From NCBI GenBank assembly GCA_963693015.1, contig OY843748.1, forward strand, positions 1,024,395-1,088,394: a stretch of 64,000 bases of DNA. Reading direction: 5' to 3'. The translations under genes were made by a program, and so were the position numbers. Source of the stretch: a bacterium (GTDB lineage Bacteria > JAAXHH01). The notes under the pieces were generated by a model. The model was not told where the DNA came from. It saw only the letters and a program-made list of their open reading frames with translations, and made no database searches. This document shows positions 30,505 to 39,734 of the stretch, in pieces; position 1 is the first letter of the stretch, and every line of letters begins with the position of its first letter.

Positions 30505-30662
30505 GCGGCCGGCTGGCGTGCTTGGCCGGAACGGGCGGCTGGAGCGCTTGACCGGAGCGGGCGGCTGGAGCGCCCGATTGAAGCGGGCGGCTGGAGCGCT
30601 TGACCGGAACGGTCGGCTGGAGCGCCCGATTGAAGCGGCCGGCGGGAACGACCGGCCGGAGC
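30505..30662 (+). repeat. Intergenic tandem repeat, about 25-26 nt unit x6 with two alternating variants (ggcggctggagcgcttgaccggagcg / ggcggctggagcgcccgattgaagcg)
   Basis: Direct reading of 30497-30662. Units abut with no unique spacers. It sits between the PhyH gene (end 30460) and the bicupin gene (start 30670). Confidence 0.7.
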
Positions 30663-30669
30663 GGACAAT

Positions 30670-31485
30670 ATGCGGATAACGCACACCAGGCGCGATGAAA
30701 TGCATCTCGGCGTCAGCCACGGCGGCGCCGCGGCGAGCTATTTCAACCCGGGGTTCGACGCGACGGCATTCAAGTCACCCTGGGGATTCATCCACTCGGT
30801 CATCTTCCCGCCCGGCAGCGGCATCGGCCAGCACAGCCACACCCACGCGGAAGAGATCTTCGTCACCATAGACAACGCCATGCAGTTCACCCACAACGGC
30901 CGCACGGCCGAAGTCGTGGGCGGCGCCGCGGTGCCCCTGCGCTCGGGGGAATCCCACGGCATCTACAACCACACGGACCAGGATACCTGGTTCTTCAATT
31001 TCCACTGCGTGGATACGGTCCGAGAACCGAAGCACGAGGACTTCGACGACCCGCGCATCGAGGTCGAGTTGGAGTCCACGGACCGGCTGCCCGTGGGACG
31101 GTTCGACCGCGCCCTGCTCAAGCCCCGACGGCACCACGGCGGACGGGGAGAGGTGCTCTTCCGGGAGGTGTGGGGAAGCCGGGATTTCCAGACGAATTTC
31201 GAATACCTCTGCCACGTCCTGCTGCCGCCGGGCACCTCCGTGGGCTATCACCGGCACGAGATCGTGGACGAGGCCTACATGATCATGAACGGCAGCGGAC
31301 GGATGACGGTGGACGAAGAGACAGCAGAGGTCGTCCGCGGGGACGCGATCCCGAATAACATGGGCGGCGCCCACGGCATCTTCAACCACACGGACGAAGA
31401 CCTCGAGCTCTTCGTCGTCGGCGTGAGCCTGGAGAAAGGCAGGGTGGACGCGACCGACCTGGGCGATGACCTGGCGGGACGCTGA
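30670..31485 (+). CDS. Bicupin (two cupin_2 domains) protein
   Basis: 271 aa with two His-containing cupin motifs (GQHSHTHAEEIFV...GESHGIYNH and GYHRHEIVDEAYM...GGAHGIFNH). Confidence 0.7.
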   Translation: MRITHTRRDEMHLGVSHGGAAASYFNPGFDATAFKSPWGFIHSVIFPPGSGIGQHSHTHAEEIFVTIDNAMQFTHNGRTAEVVGGAAVPLRSGESHGIYNHTDQDTWFFNFHCVDTVREPKHEDFDDPRIEVELESTDRLPVGRFDRALLKPRRHHGGRGEVLFREVWGSRDFQTNFEYLCHVLLPPGTSVGYHRHEIVDEAYMIMNGSGRMTVDEETAEVVRGDAIPNNMGGAHGIFNHTDEDLELFVVGVSLEKGRVDATDLGDDLAGR

Positions 31486-31520
31486 ACAACCAGGCATCCC
31501 ATGGAAACCGGAATCAACCT

Positions 31521-32324
31521 ATGACAGACGCAACCTTTCAAGCCCACGTGCTGGACCTGAAGGTCGAAGGATACACCATGCTGAAGGACCAGTTGACGGC
31601 GGAGGAATGCGCCGAAGCGCGTAAGGAACTGGCGGCCCGCTACCCCGACCGCGAGCGGGGCGGTTTCGAGTGGCTGTTCAACAAGGCGCGGGTCTTCGAG
31701 CGGTTCTACCAGCTTCCCGATCTCCTGCGGCTGGTCCGCCACTTTCTCGGACCCGACGCGCTCCTGAGCGCCGTGTACGGTTCGGTGGTCATGCCCGGCG
31801 AGGGCGGCGGAGGCCTGCATTCCGACAGCGGCATCACCGGGCACAACCGCGAGGCGTCCATGGCGGCGGCCGACGAGGGCCGGCGGATCACGAGCCATCC
31901 CATTGCCTTCAACGTGATCTTCTGCCTGAGTCCCTTTACCGGGACCAACGGCGCCACCGAGTTCGTCCCCGGCAGCCACCGGTTCGAGTATCTGAACGTG
32001 CCCGACTCGGCCTACGACAACGCCCGGACCGCCGTCGCCCCGGAAGGATCGCTCGTGCTCTTCGACGTCAACACCTGGCACGGCACGACGAAGAACCAGA
32101 CCGACGAGCCGCGCTACGCCGTGCTCAGTCCCTGGCGCCGCCGCTGGACCAAGTGCGAATACGAGATGGCCCGCGTGGTGAAGCCCGACGTGCTCGAACG
32201 GGCGGGCGAAGACGGGCCGGTCATCTTCGGTTTCCAGGCCCAGTCGCCCTACACCGAACTGTGGCAGTGGGACCGTGAAGAGGGCGGACCGAAGCCGGAG
32301 TTCAGCCACTTGCGGCGGGACTGA
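31521..32324 (+). CDS. Phytanoyl-CoA dioxygenase (PhyH) family oxygenase
   Basis: 267 aa. FQAHVLDLKVEGYTMLKDQL...GGGLHSDSG...TEFVPGSHRF. Confidence 0.8.
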   Translation: MTDATFQAHVLDLKVEGYTMLKDQLTAEECAEARKELAARYPDRERGGFEWLFNKARVFERFYQLPDLLRLVRHFLGPDALLSAVYGSVVMPGEGGGGLHSDSGITGHNREASMAAADEGRRITSHPIAFNVIFCLSPFTGTNGATEFVPGSHRFEYLNVPDSAYDNARTAVAPEGSLVLFDVNTWHGTTKNQTDEPRYAVLSPWRRRWTKCEYEMARVVKPDVLERAGEDGPVIFGFQAQSPYTELWQWDREEGGPKPEFSHLRRD

Positions 32325-32444
32325 AGCCGGTTGAAACGCGCAGCACCGCCGGATAAGCGAGCTGACGGCACCGCGGCGGGACTGACTCTGCCAGACGAAT
32401 GACCGGAAGGTACGGCGCGGCCGAGATGAGGACCGGAGGAACCC

Positions 32445-33566
32445 GTGAAAATCACCGACGTAAAAGTGCACCTGGTCGAGTCCTGGCGAAAATCGACGGA
32501 CATCGGTTCGCCGTGGATCTTCGTGCAGGTCTATACCGACGAGGGCGTCGTGGGCCTGGGGGACGCCACGAACTGGCCGGGCGGCACGATCATCGCCCAG
32601 TCCGTGGAGGAACTGGGCAAGCTCATCATCGGAGAGGATCCCTTCCATATCGAGTACCTGTACCACCGCATGTACTACGCCCTGGAGCAGATCGGGCAGA
32701 CCGGCGCGGTCATCGCGGCCGTCAGCGGCATCGAGATCGCCCTATGGGACATCGTGGGCAAGGCCACCGGCCAGCCCATCTACAACCTCATCGGCGGACC
32801 GTGCCGCGACCGCATCCGGTTCTACAGCCACGCGTCCGATCCGGAGGAATGCGCACAGCTGGCTGAAAAGGGCGTCACCGCCATCAAGGCGTACTTCCCC
32901 GCCGACCCGCTGGTCAGGGGGGAGCGCATCGACTCGCCTCGCTCCGTCACGCTGCGGGAAGAGAAGTTGGCCCTGGAACACATGCGCCGGTGCCGCGAGG
33001 CCGTGGGCGACGAGGTGGACCTCTGCACCGACGTGGGATGCCGGTACACCACGAGCGCCGCGATCCGCATCGGCAACCGGCTGGAGGAAATCGGCCTGCT
33101 GTTCTACGAGGAACCGGTCCACCCGGAGAACATCGACGCCCTGGCCCGGGTGACCGCGTCCGTCAACGTGCCGGTGTGCGTGGGCGAGCGGCGGTACACG
33201 CGCTTCGGCTTCCGGGACCTGATCGCCGCCCAGGCGGTGGACATGATCATGCCCGACGTGGTGCGCACGGGCGGCATCATGGAGACCAAGAAGATCGCCG
33301 CCATGGCCGAAAGCTACTACATGCAGGTCTCGCCCCACAATCCGAACAGCGCCTTGTCGACGACAGCGAGTCTTCACGTCATGGCCAACATCCCGAACGC
33401 CCTGGTGCTCGAATTCGTGGACGAAAAATGGGACGCCCCCTGGCGTGACGACCTGCTGACCGATCCGCCGGTCGTGGAAAGCGGCTATTTCCGGCTCCCC
33501 GAGAAACCGGGACTGGGAACGGAACTGAACATGGACGTCGTGGATAAGTATCGGTTCACCGGTTAA
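32445..33566 (+). CDS. Mandelate racemase/muconate lactonizing enzyme (enolase superfamily; D-galactonate dehydratase-like)
   Basis: GTG start behind GGAGGA. MKITDVKVHLV...VQVYTDEGVVGLGDAT...IEIALWDIVGKATGQPIYNLIGG and the metal-ligand region (DVGCRY, EEP, VSPHN) fit the MR/MLE family. Confidence 0.85.
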   Translation: MKITDVKVHLVESWRKSTDIGSPWIFVQVYTDEGVVGLGDATNWPGGTIIAQSVEELGKLIIGEDPFHIEYLYHRMYYALEQIGQTGAVIAAVSGIEIALWDIVGKATGQPIYNLIGGPCRDRIRFYSHASDPEECAQLAEKGVTAIKAYFPADPLVRGERIDSPRSVTLREEKLALEHMRRCREAVGDEVDLCTDVGCRYTTSAAIRIGNRLEEIGLLFYEEPVHPENIDALARVTASVNVPVCVGERRYTRFGFRDLIAAQAVDMIMPDVVRTGGIMETKKIAAMAESYYMQVSPHNPNSALSTTASLHVMANIPNALVLEFVDEKWDAPWRDDLLTDPPVVESGYFRLPEKPGLGTELNMDVVDKYRFTG

Positions 33567-33604
33567 GGGGCAAAGGGGCAGAGGGGCAAAGGAGCAGGGC
33601 CAAT

Positions 33605-34849
33605 ATGCAATTGCATGACGACAGGCGGACCAACCGCGCGGACAACATACAGGGGGCCGAGATCCGACTTCCGACCTCGGACCTGACCGCGGACCTGGGT
33701 TTTTTCATGAAGACCCTGGGGTTCCGCATGGACAAGATCTACCCGGCGGACTACCCGACGGTCTCCGTGCTGTCGGGCCACGGGCTCACCATCCGCCTGG
33801 AGCAGGGCGCCTCCGAACCGCCCGGTACGCTCCGTATCCTCTGCCGCGATCCGGCGGCCCTGGCGGGTGGGGAGACCGAACTCACCGCGCCGAACGGCAC
33901 CCGGGTCGAGATCGCACAGGCCGATCCACCCCTGGAGATCCCGCCGACGCAGCACGCCTTCCTGGTGCGGCGCCTCAAGGACAACACGCCCTGGGTGATC
34001 GGCCGCGCCGGCATGCACTACCGCGACCTGGTGCCCGGCCGCCTCGGCGGGAGCATCATCGCCTCCCACATCCGCATTCCCGACGCCGGACCCGTACCCG
34101 ACGTCGTGCACTACCACACCGTGGGTTTCCAGTTGATCTTCGCGTATAGGGGCGAGGTGAAGCTCGTCTATGAAGACCAAGGGCCGCCCTTCATGCTGAA
34201 GGCGGGAGACTGCGTGATCCAGCCCCCGGAGATCCGGCACCGCGTGCTCGAATCGTCCGAGAACCTGCAGGTGATCGAGATCGGCGTGCCGGCGGACCAC
34301 GTGACCACCATCGACCACGAGGTGGAACTGCCGACCGGGGTGCTGAATCCCGATCGCGTCTTTGGCGGGCAGACGTTCTGCCGCCACCAGCTCAAGGACG
34401 CGGTATGGGAACCGTGGAGAATCGAAGGATTCGAAGCGAGGGAAACGGGCATCGGCGCGGCGACCGGCGGCGTGGCCTCGGTGCAGGTCGCCCGGGTGAC
34501 CGGTGGGTCGAACGGGGCCGCGAAGGGCAGTTCGAAGGAGGACGCAACTGGCGGCTCGATCGGCAGCGGGAACGGCGCGAACGGCGGGAACGGCGGTTCA
34601 GCCGGCGATGGCGGCGAACAGGTCACGAGCCACGCGGGCGACATCCTGTTCACCTTCGTCATGGAGGGAGCGTGTACGCTCAACGGGGAGAACCAGGGCG
34701 CGCACCGGCTGGAGGCGGGTGACGCCTACGTCATCCCGCCCCACACGAAGACCTCCCTGACAGACCGCTCGGACGACCTCGAACTCCTCGAGGTGGCGCT
34801 CCCCGCGCGGTTCAAGACCATCGTGCACGGGGATCTGAGCCTGGCCTGA
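33605..34849 (+). CDS. Cupin-domain protein with an N-terminal VOC/glyoxalase-like segment and an internal Gly/Asn/Ser-rich linker
   Basis: 414 aa. Cupin motifs HYHTVGFQLIF...GDCVIQPPEIRHRV and GDILFTFVMEG...GDAYVIPPHTK, with a GGSNGAAKGSS...GNGANGGNGGSAGDGG linker between them. Confidence 0.6.
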   Translation: MQLHDDRRTNRADNIQGAEIRLPTSDLTADLGFFMKTLGFRMDKIYPADYPTVSVLSGHGLTIRLEQGASEPPGTLRILCRDPAALAGGETELTAPNGTRVEIAQADPPLEIPPTQHAFLVRRLKDNTPWVIGRAGMHYRDLVPGRLGGSIIASHIRIPDAGPVPDVVHYHTVGFQLIFAYRGEVKLVYEDQGPPFMLKAGDCVIQPPEIRHRVLESSENLQVIEIGVPADHVTTIDHEVELPTGVLNPDRVFGGQTFCRHQLKDAVWEPWRIEGFEARETGIGAATGGVASVQVARVTGGSNGAAKGSSKEDATGGSIGSGNGANGGNGGSAGDGGEQVTSHAGDILFTFVMEGACTLNGENQGAHRLEAGDAYVIPPHTKTSLTDRSDDLELLEVALPARFKTIVHGDLSLA

Positions 34850-34915
34850 GGGGACGGAAGCCTGGCAACTTTTTCCCGCACCGGACGAATCAGCCGCTAC
34901 ACCCCTTCCGAATCG

Positions 34916-35770
34916 TCACACGCCCAACACTCCGCGCAATCGGTCGGACGCCCGGCTCAGCACCGTGGGCGGCACAGGGACGTGGTTGTACTCGGAGAAG
35001 CGCCTGTAGGCCCAGTAGGCGGCGTACTGGGATTGAAATACGTAGCGCATCCGGTTCGACGTGACGGGCGCGCCCCGGTGCCAGCACTGGTTGTTCTGCA
35101 GGTAGACGTCTCCCGCCTTGCAGAAGGCCGAGACCGGTCCCCTGCCTTCGAACTCGGGACTTTCCTGGCTGTTGGGATCTCTGCCGGAATACTGGCTGCC
35201 CGGCACGAACTGCGTAGGACCATCCTCGACCGAATCGATATCGGTAAGCGCCATCTGGATGGTGAACCACTGCACCGGCATGCGGACGCGGGGGTCGTGG
35301 CGGGGCACGTCGTCCGGCAGCGGGAACTCCACCCGGTCGTCCACGTGCCAGAGATCGATCGCCTGCCCCGGCGCGTTGCGGATCACGTTCTGGCCGCAGA
35401 ACTTGCAGTCCTCGCCCACGACCGCCTCGGCCAGGCTCAGGATCGGCTCCCGGATCAGCATGTCCACGAACACCGCGTCCAGTTCCAGCGTGTTGCGCAG
35501 CACGAATCCGTCCCCCCGCCCGCTCACGTAATCGGTGCCGGCCAGTACGGGATCGTTGAAACACCGGTCCGTCACCTCGCGGAGGGCATCGACTTCATCC
35601 CGGGTCAGCACCCCGGGGATGAGAGCGAATCCGTCCCGGTGGAAATCCGTGAGGATGGCCTCCATTTTGGCGTCGTCGAGACGCTCTCCTGGAAGTATGC
35701 GATTTGAGATCAATGTTAGCTCCTGTCGGCTGGCGCGTAAGCAGGTTACGTCAGGTAAAGGACACGTCAT
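34916..35770 (-). CDS. Phytanoyl-CoA dioxygenase (PhyH) family oxygenase
   Basis: 284 aa. LDDAKMEAILTDFHRDGFALIPGVL...WHVDD...QFVPGSQ. Confidence 0.8.
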   Translation of the reverse strand: MTCPLPDVTCLRASRQELTLISNRILPGERLDDAKMEAILTDFHRDGFALIPGVLTRDEVDALREVTDRCFNDPVLAGTDYVSGRGDGFVLRNTLELDAVFVDMLIREPILSLAEAVVGEDCKFCGQNVIRNAPGQAIDLWHVDDRVEFPLPDDVPRHDPRVRMPVQWFTIQMALTDIDSVEDGPTQFVPGSQYSGRDPNSQESPEFEGRGPVSAFCKAGDVYLQNNQCWHRGAPVTSNRMRYVFQSQYAAYWAYRRFSEYNHVPVPPTVLSRASDRLRGVLGV

Positions 35771-35827
35771 GGAAACGCTGCCGGTAAACCCCAGCGGCGG
35801 TCGCGGTTGGCGGGCGCATTGGATTGC

Positions 35828-35855
35828 TTGACATCTTGCGCCTTCCCGCTATTAT
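35828..35855 (+). promoter_or_regulatory. Near-consensus sigma70-type promoter (TTGACA-16 nt-TATTAT) upstream of the MTase-HNH fusion gene
   Basis: TTGACA at 35828-35833, a 16-nt spacer, then TATTAT at 35850-35855. This is about 90 nt upstream of the ATG at 35947. Confidence 0.4.
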
Positions 35856-35946
35856 GGCATGACCATAGACTATGGCTTCGACGTTGAATACTCAACCGTT
35901 TTCCCGATTGCACCGTACGCTTGCGCAGGATTTCCGGCAAGAATGA

Positions 35947-37788
35947 ATGCCCGACCGTATGGAGCGGGAAAACGCTCATCAGTTCAACCAGGCATATCCT
36001 GGCTACCCGCGACAGTCCTGCCTTGTCCCCATGAGCAGCACCAGCTACTACGACCTCAACACGGACGCCCTCATCGCCCGGTATGACGGAGTCGATCCTG
36101 CCGACGTCCACGCGGACTGGGCGCCGGCGCACCTGCGTGAAGAACCGGGCTTCGCCTGCGACATCGGCGCCGGCTCCGGACGCGATGCCAATTGGCTTGC
36201 GGGCATGGGATGGGAAGTCGTGGCGGTGGAACCGAGCGCGTTGCGGAACCGCGCTGCGGAACGCTCCCATCCACGCGTCGTCTGGATGAACGACACGCTG
36301 CCGGACCTGCGGGTCCTGCGCGCGCTCGGCCGGCGGTTCGACCTGATTCTGCTGAGCGCCGTGTGGATGCACGTGGCGCCGAAGGTCCGGGAACGGGCGT
36401 TCCGCATGCTTACCGAGTTGCTCAATCCGTCCGGACTGCTGGTAATCACGCTGCGACGGGGCGGAGACGCCGCGGAAAACTCCGCCCGGGGATTTCACGA
36501 CACTTCGGCAGAGGAACTCATCGGTTTCGCCAACCGCCGGGCCGTCGCGCTGCGCGGCCGCTCGACGCAGCCGGACCTGACCCGCCCGGGCATACATTGG
36601 GAATCGCTGGTCTTCGCCATTCCGGACGATGGCACCGGCAGCCTGCCGCTGCTGCGCCACGTGATCGTGAACGACAACAAGTCTTCGACCTACAAGCTGG
36701 GGCTGCTTCGGACCCTGGTGCGGCTCGCCGAAACGGCGCCGGGGCTGGTCATCAGTCGCACGGACGACTACGTGGAAATCCCCTTCGGCGCCGTCGGTCT
36801 GTACTGGCTGAAGCAATACCTGCCCCTGGTCCTTCATCATCGACTGCCGCAACGCCCTTCCGGGCCGGGCGGATATGGCTGGACAAAGGAATCGTTCTAC
36901 CGTCTTGGGGAGGTTTCGCCTTCCGACCTTCGACTCGGCGCCCGGTTTGATTCGGACCGGGCCGTCACCCTTACCCGCGCCATAAACGACGCCTGCGCCA
37001 ATATCGAGCGAATGCCGGTACGCTATATCACGTATCCCGCTTCCGGCGACCGGCAACTGTTCGAATCCGGGTTTTCCAGAACGCGGGCGGCCGCCCGGCC
37101 CATCGTTCTGTCGCGCGAATACCTGGCGCAGTTCGGCCGATTCAGGATTCCCGCACTGCTATGGCAGGCACTCGGTCAGTTCGCATGCTGGCTGGATCCG
37201 GTCATCGTACGCGAATGGCGGCAGCTGACTTCGAACTGGGATGGCCCGGCAAACCTGCGCGGTGCTGCGCGCTGGGCGACCGACACCGGCCAACCTGCCG
37301 CCCTGGTCCGGGAAAGCGGGGCGGAAACAGCACCGAACGACCCCTTCGATTGGACCGAAAGCCGCTACGACACCAGCATGGCCGTCGAACGGGCGAAGCA
37401 GTTGCGCGATGACGGATTCGCACTCACCTGCGTCTGGTCCGCAGCGCGCATTCGAACCGCTCCGCACATCGACCACTGTTTTCCGTGGGCGCGCTGGCGC
37501 AACAACGATCTCTGGAACCTGATGCCGGCCCGCGGCAGCATCAACCTCAGCAAGAGCGACCGGCTGCCCTCGTCCAGCGCCATGGCCGACGCGCGAGACC
37601 GCATGCTGGAGTGGTGGCGGCACGCATGGGTCCAATCGCCGCGGGAAGACCGGTTTTTCATGGAAGCGCGGTACTCTTTGCCGGGGCTCGAAGACGACAC
37701 GCCCAGGTTGGAAGACATCTTCACTGCCGCCCAGCACCAGCGCGCGCGCCTCAAACAGGATCAGCAACTGATCGAGTGGCAGACTTGA
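35947..37788 (+). CDS. Fusion protein: N-terminal class I SAM-dependent methyltransferase domain, middle domain of unknown function, C-terminal HNH-like nuclease motif
   Basis: 613 aa. Motif I FACDIGAGSGRDANWLAGMGWEVVAVEPS resembles small-molecule class I methyltransferases; no DPPY/NPPY motif. C-terminal HIDHCFPWARWRNNDLWNLMPARGSINLSKSD is HNH-like. Confidence 0.65.
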   Translation: MPDRMERENAHQFNQAYPGYPRQSCLVPMSSTSYYDLNTDALIARYDGVDPADVHADWAPAHLREEPGFACDIGAGSGRDANWLAGMGWEVVAVEPSALRNRAAERSHPRVVWMNDTLPDLRVLRALGRRFDLILLSAVWMHVAPKVRERAFRMLTELLNPSGLLVITLRRGGDAAENSARGFHDTSAEELIGFANRRAVALRGRSTQPDLTRPGIHWESLVFAIPDDGTGSLPLLRHVIVNDNKSSTYKLGLLRTLVRLAETAPGLVISRTDDYVEIPFGAVGLYWLKQYLPLVLHHRLPQRPSGPGGYGWTKESFYRLGEVSPSDLRLGARFDSDRAVTLTRAINDACANIERMPVRYITYPASGDRQLFESGFSRTRAAARPIVLSREYLAQFGRFRIPALLWQALGQFACWLDPVIVREWRQLTSNWDGPANLRGAARWATDTGQPAALVRESGAETAPNDPFDWTESRYDTSMAVERAKQLRDDGFALTCVWSAARIRTAPHIDHCFPWARWRNNDLWNLMPARGSINLSKSDRLPSSSAMADARDRMLEWWRHAWVQSPREDRFFMEARYSLPGLEDDTPRLEDIFTAAQHQRARLKQDQQLIEWQT

Positions 37789-37881
37789 CCGCGGCATGAC
37801 GAAGACGGGGCCGCCGGCCCTGGCCATTCGTGGTCGGGCATACCCCCTACACCAGTTCAACTCCAGGAGTGATCACCAGCT

Positions 37882-38724
37882 ATGGAACTCTCAGAACGGA
37901 TAAATCGGCTATACACCGAAGCGGCCGGGGCCGACCGGGACGAAGCCCGCGCAGCCTTCGCGGAACTCCGAACCGAACTCTCGCGTGGACGGGTGCGCGC
38001 GGCCGAGCCCGACCCTTCGTCTCCGACGGGCTGGCGCGTCAACTCATGGGTCAAGGAGGGCATCCTGGTGGGGTTCCGCTGCGGCGACGTGGTAGCCTTC
38101 GAATCTCCAAGCACCGAATCGCCCTGGCTCGACAAGGACACGCTTCCGCTTCGCCCGCTTTCAGCCGAATCGAACGTCAGGATCGTGCCGGGGGGCTCGT
38201 CGGTGCGGGACGGGGCCTACCTGGGAGCAGGCGTCATCTGCATGCCGCCCATGTACGTCAATATCGGCGCCTACGTCGGGGACGGAAGCATGATCGATTC
38301 GAATGCGCTCGTGGGGTCCTGCGCGCAGGTCGGCAGGAACGTCCACGTCAGCGCCGGGGCGCAAATCGGCGGCGTGCTCGAACCGGTTGGCGCCCTGCCG
38401 GTGATCGTCGAGGACGAAGCGCTTGTCGGCGGCAACACGGGGATTTACGAAGGCGCGGTCGTCAAGCGGCGAGCGGTCATCGGGGCCGGTACCATACTGA
38501 CCGGGTCCACCCCGATCTACGACCTGCCCCGCAAACGCATCATCAGGCCCGCCGCGGGTGAACAGACCGTCGTGCCGGAGGACGCGGTCGTCGTCCCTGG
38601 CGCGCGCGCCGTCACAAGCGGCGCGGGCCCTGAATGGGGACTTTCGCTCGCCACGCCGGTCATCGTCAAATACCGCGACGACCGCACGGACACCCGCACG
38701 GAACTCGAGGCATGGATTCGGTAG
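37882..38724 (+). CDS. dapD: 2,3,4,5-tetrahydropyridine-2,6-dicarboxylate N-succinyltransferase (hexapeptide-repeat acyltransferase)
   Basis: 280 aa with left-handed beta-helix hexapeptide repeats (GAYLGAGVICMPPMYVNIGAYVGDGSMIDSNALVGSCAQVGRNVHVSAGAQIGG), typical of short-form DapD. Confidence 0.8.
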   Translation: MELSERINRLYTEAAGADRDEARAAFAELRTELSRGRVRAAEPDPSSPTGWRVNSWVKEGILVGFRCGDVVAFESPSTESPWLDKDTLPLRPLSAESNVRIVPGGSSVRDGAYLGAGVICMPPMYVNIGAYVGDGSMIDSNALVGSCAQVGRNVHVSAGAQIGGVLEPVGALPVIVEDEALVGGNTGIYEGAVVKRRAVIGAGTILTGSTPIYDLPRKRIIRPAAGEQTVVPEDAVVVPGARAVTSGAGPEWGLSLATPVIVKYRDDRTDTRTELEAWIR

Positions 38725-38734
38725 CTGCTCCGTC

Positions 38735-39721
38735 CTACCCCTCGTCCATCACGGCCTGGATCATGGCCTGGATGTACCCGAACTCGTAGGCGAAGGCCTG
38801 CCGGTAGCTGTCGGGGTCCCTGTGCCCCGGCGCGTGGTCCGGCACGCACATGTGCGGGTAGCCGACTTCTTTGAGCGCCTGCATGTTGCGGTGCATGTTC
38901 ATCACGCCCTCGTCGGGCCAGACCTCCTGGAACTTGTTGCGGCCTCCGACGATGTTGCGGAAGTGGCAGAGGAAGATCTTGTTGCGCGAACCCAGATAGC
39001 GGATAATGTCCGGCACCTCGTTGCGCGGGTCGAGCGAACTCTCCGCCATGCAGCCCAGGCAGAGGTTGACACCGTGATAGGGACTGGGGCAGATCTCGAT
39101 GAACTTTTTGAATCCGTCAAAGCCGCCGAGTACCCGGTCCACGCAGCGATATCCGGGCGGCAGCCACGGGTCGCAGGGATGGCAGGCCATGCGGACCTTG
39201 CACTCCGTCGCCACCGGGATCACCCGTTCCAGGAAGTAGGTGATGCGGGCCCAGTTCATCTCGGCGGTCACGGGCTCGTCGTACCGCGGCGGCCGGTCCT
39301 TCGCCTTCTCCAGGTCCCAGGTGCTGTAGATGGACCCGCCGCGTCCGGGCGGATCGCTCTCGGTGCGCTGGTTCTCCATCTCGCACAGGTAGTATTTGAT
39401 CGCGGGGATGCCCGCTTCCGAGGCCTGGCGCACCATGTTGCAGACCAGTTCGATTTCCCTGTCGCCTTCCTCGTATTTTCCCAGCATGTAGTTGGGCACC
39501 TGGCCGCCGTCCACGTTCAGGTCGGCGATGGGCAGGGCCACCATCTCCATATCGATCCCGAAACGGGCGCACTTCTCCTTCTTTGCCGCCAGTTCCTCCA
39601 CGTCCCAGCCGTATTCCCGATGGAAGGTGACGTTGAGCTCGCTCTTGTTGAAGACGCCGTGGCGGGCCAGGTATTCCAGGTCTTCGTCCGCCGTGCTGAA
39701 CTGCTGCGTACCGACGTGCAT
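38735..39721 (-). CDS. Mannonate dehydratase (UxuA)-like / xylose-isomerase-like TIM-barrel enzyme
   Basis: The start MHVGTQQFSTADEDLEYLARHGV at 39721 has GGAGGT 6 nt upstream. KVRMACHPCDPWLPPGYRCVDRVLG...LCHFRNI...CVPDHAPGH resembles UxuA. The track N-terminal extension to 40225 is low-complexity and overlaps the next gene. Confidence 0.65.
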   Translation of the reverse strand: MHVGTQQFSTADEDLEYLARHGVFNKSELNVTFHREYGWDVEELAAKKEKCARFGIDMEMVALPIADLNVDGGQVPNYMLGKYEEGDREIELVCNMVRQASEAGIPAIKYYLCEMENQRTESDPPGRGGSIYSTWDLEKAKDRPPRYDEPVTAEMNWARITYFLERVIPVATECKVRMACHPCDPWLPPGYRCVDRVLGGFDGFKKFIEICPSPYHGVNLCLGCMAESSLDPRNEVPDIIRYLGSRNKIFLCHFRNIVGGRNKFQEVWPDEGVMNMHRNMQALKEVGYPHMCVPDHAPGHRDPDSYRQAFAYEFGYIQAMIQAVMDEG

Positions 39722-39734
39722 GAGAACCTCCGGG

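Noticed and set aside
30505-30662. CRISPR array interpretation of the 25-nt tandem repeat
   Set aside because: The units abut directly with no unique spacers, unit length and sequence alternate, and no cas genes or leader are nearby. It is a minisatellite-like tandem repeat, not CRISPR.
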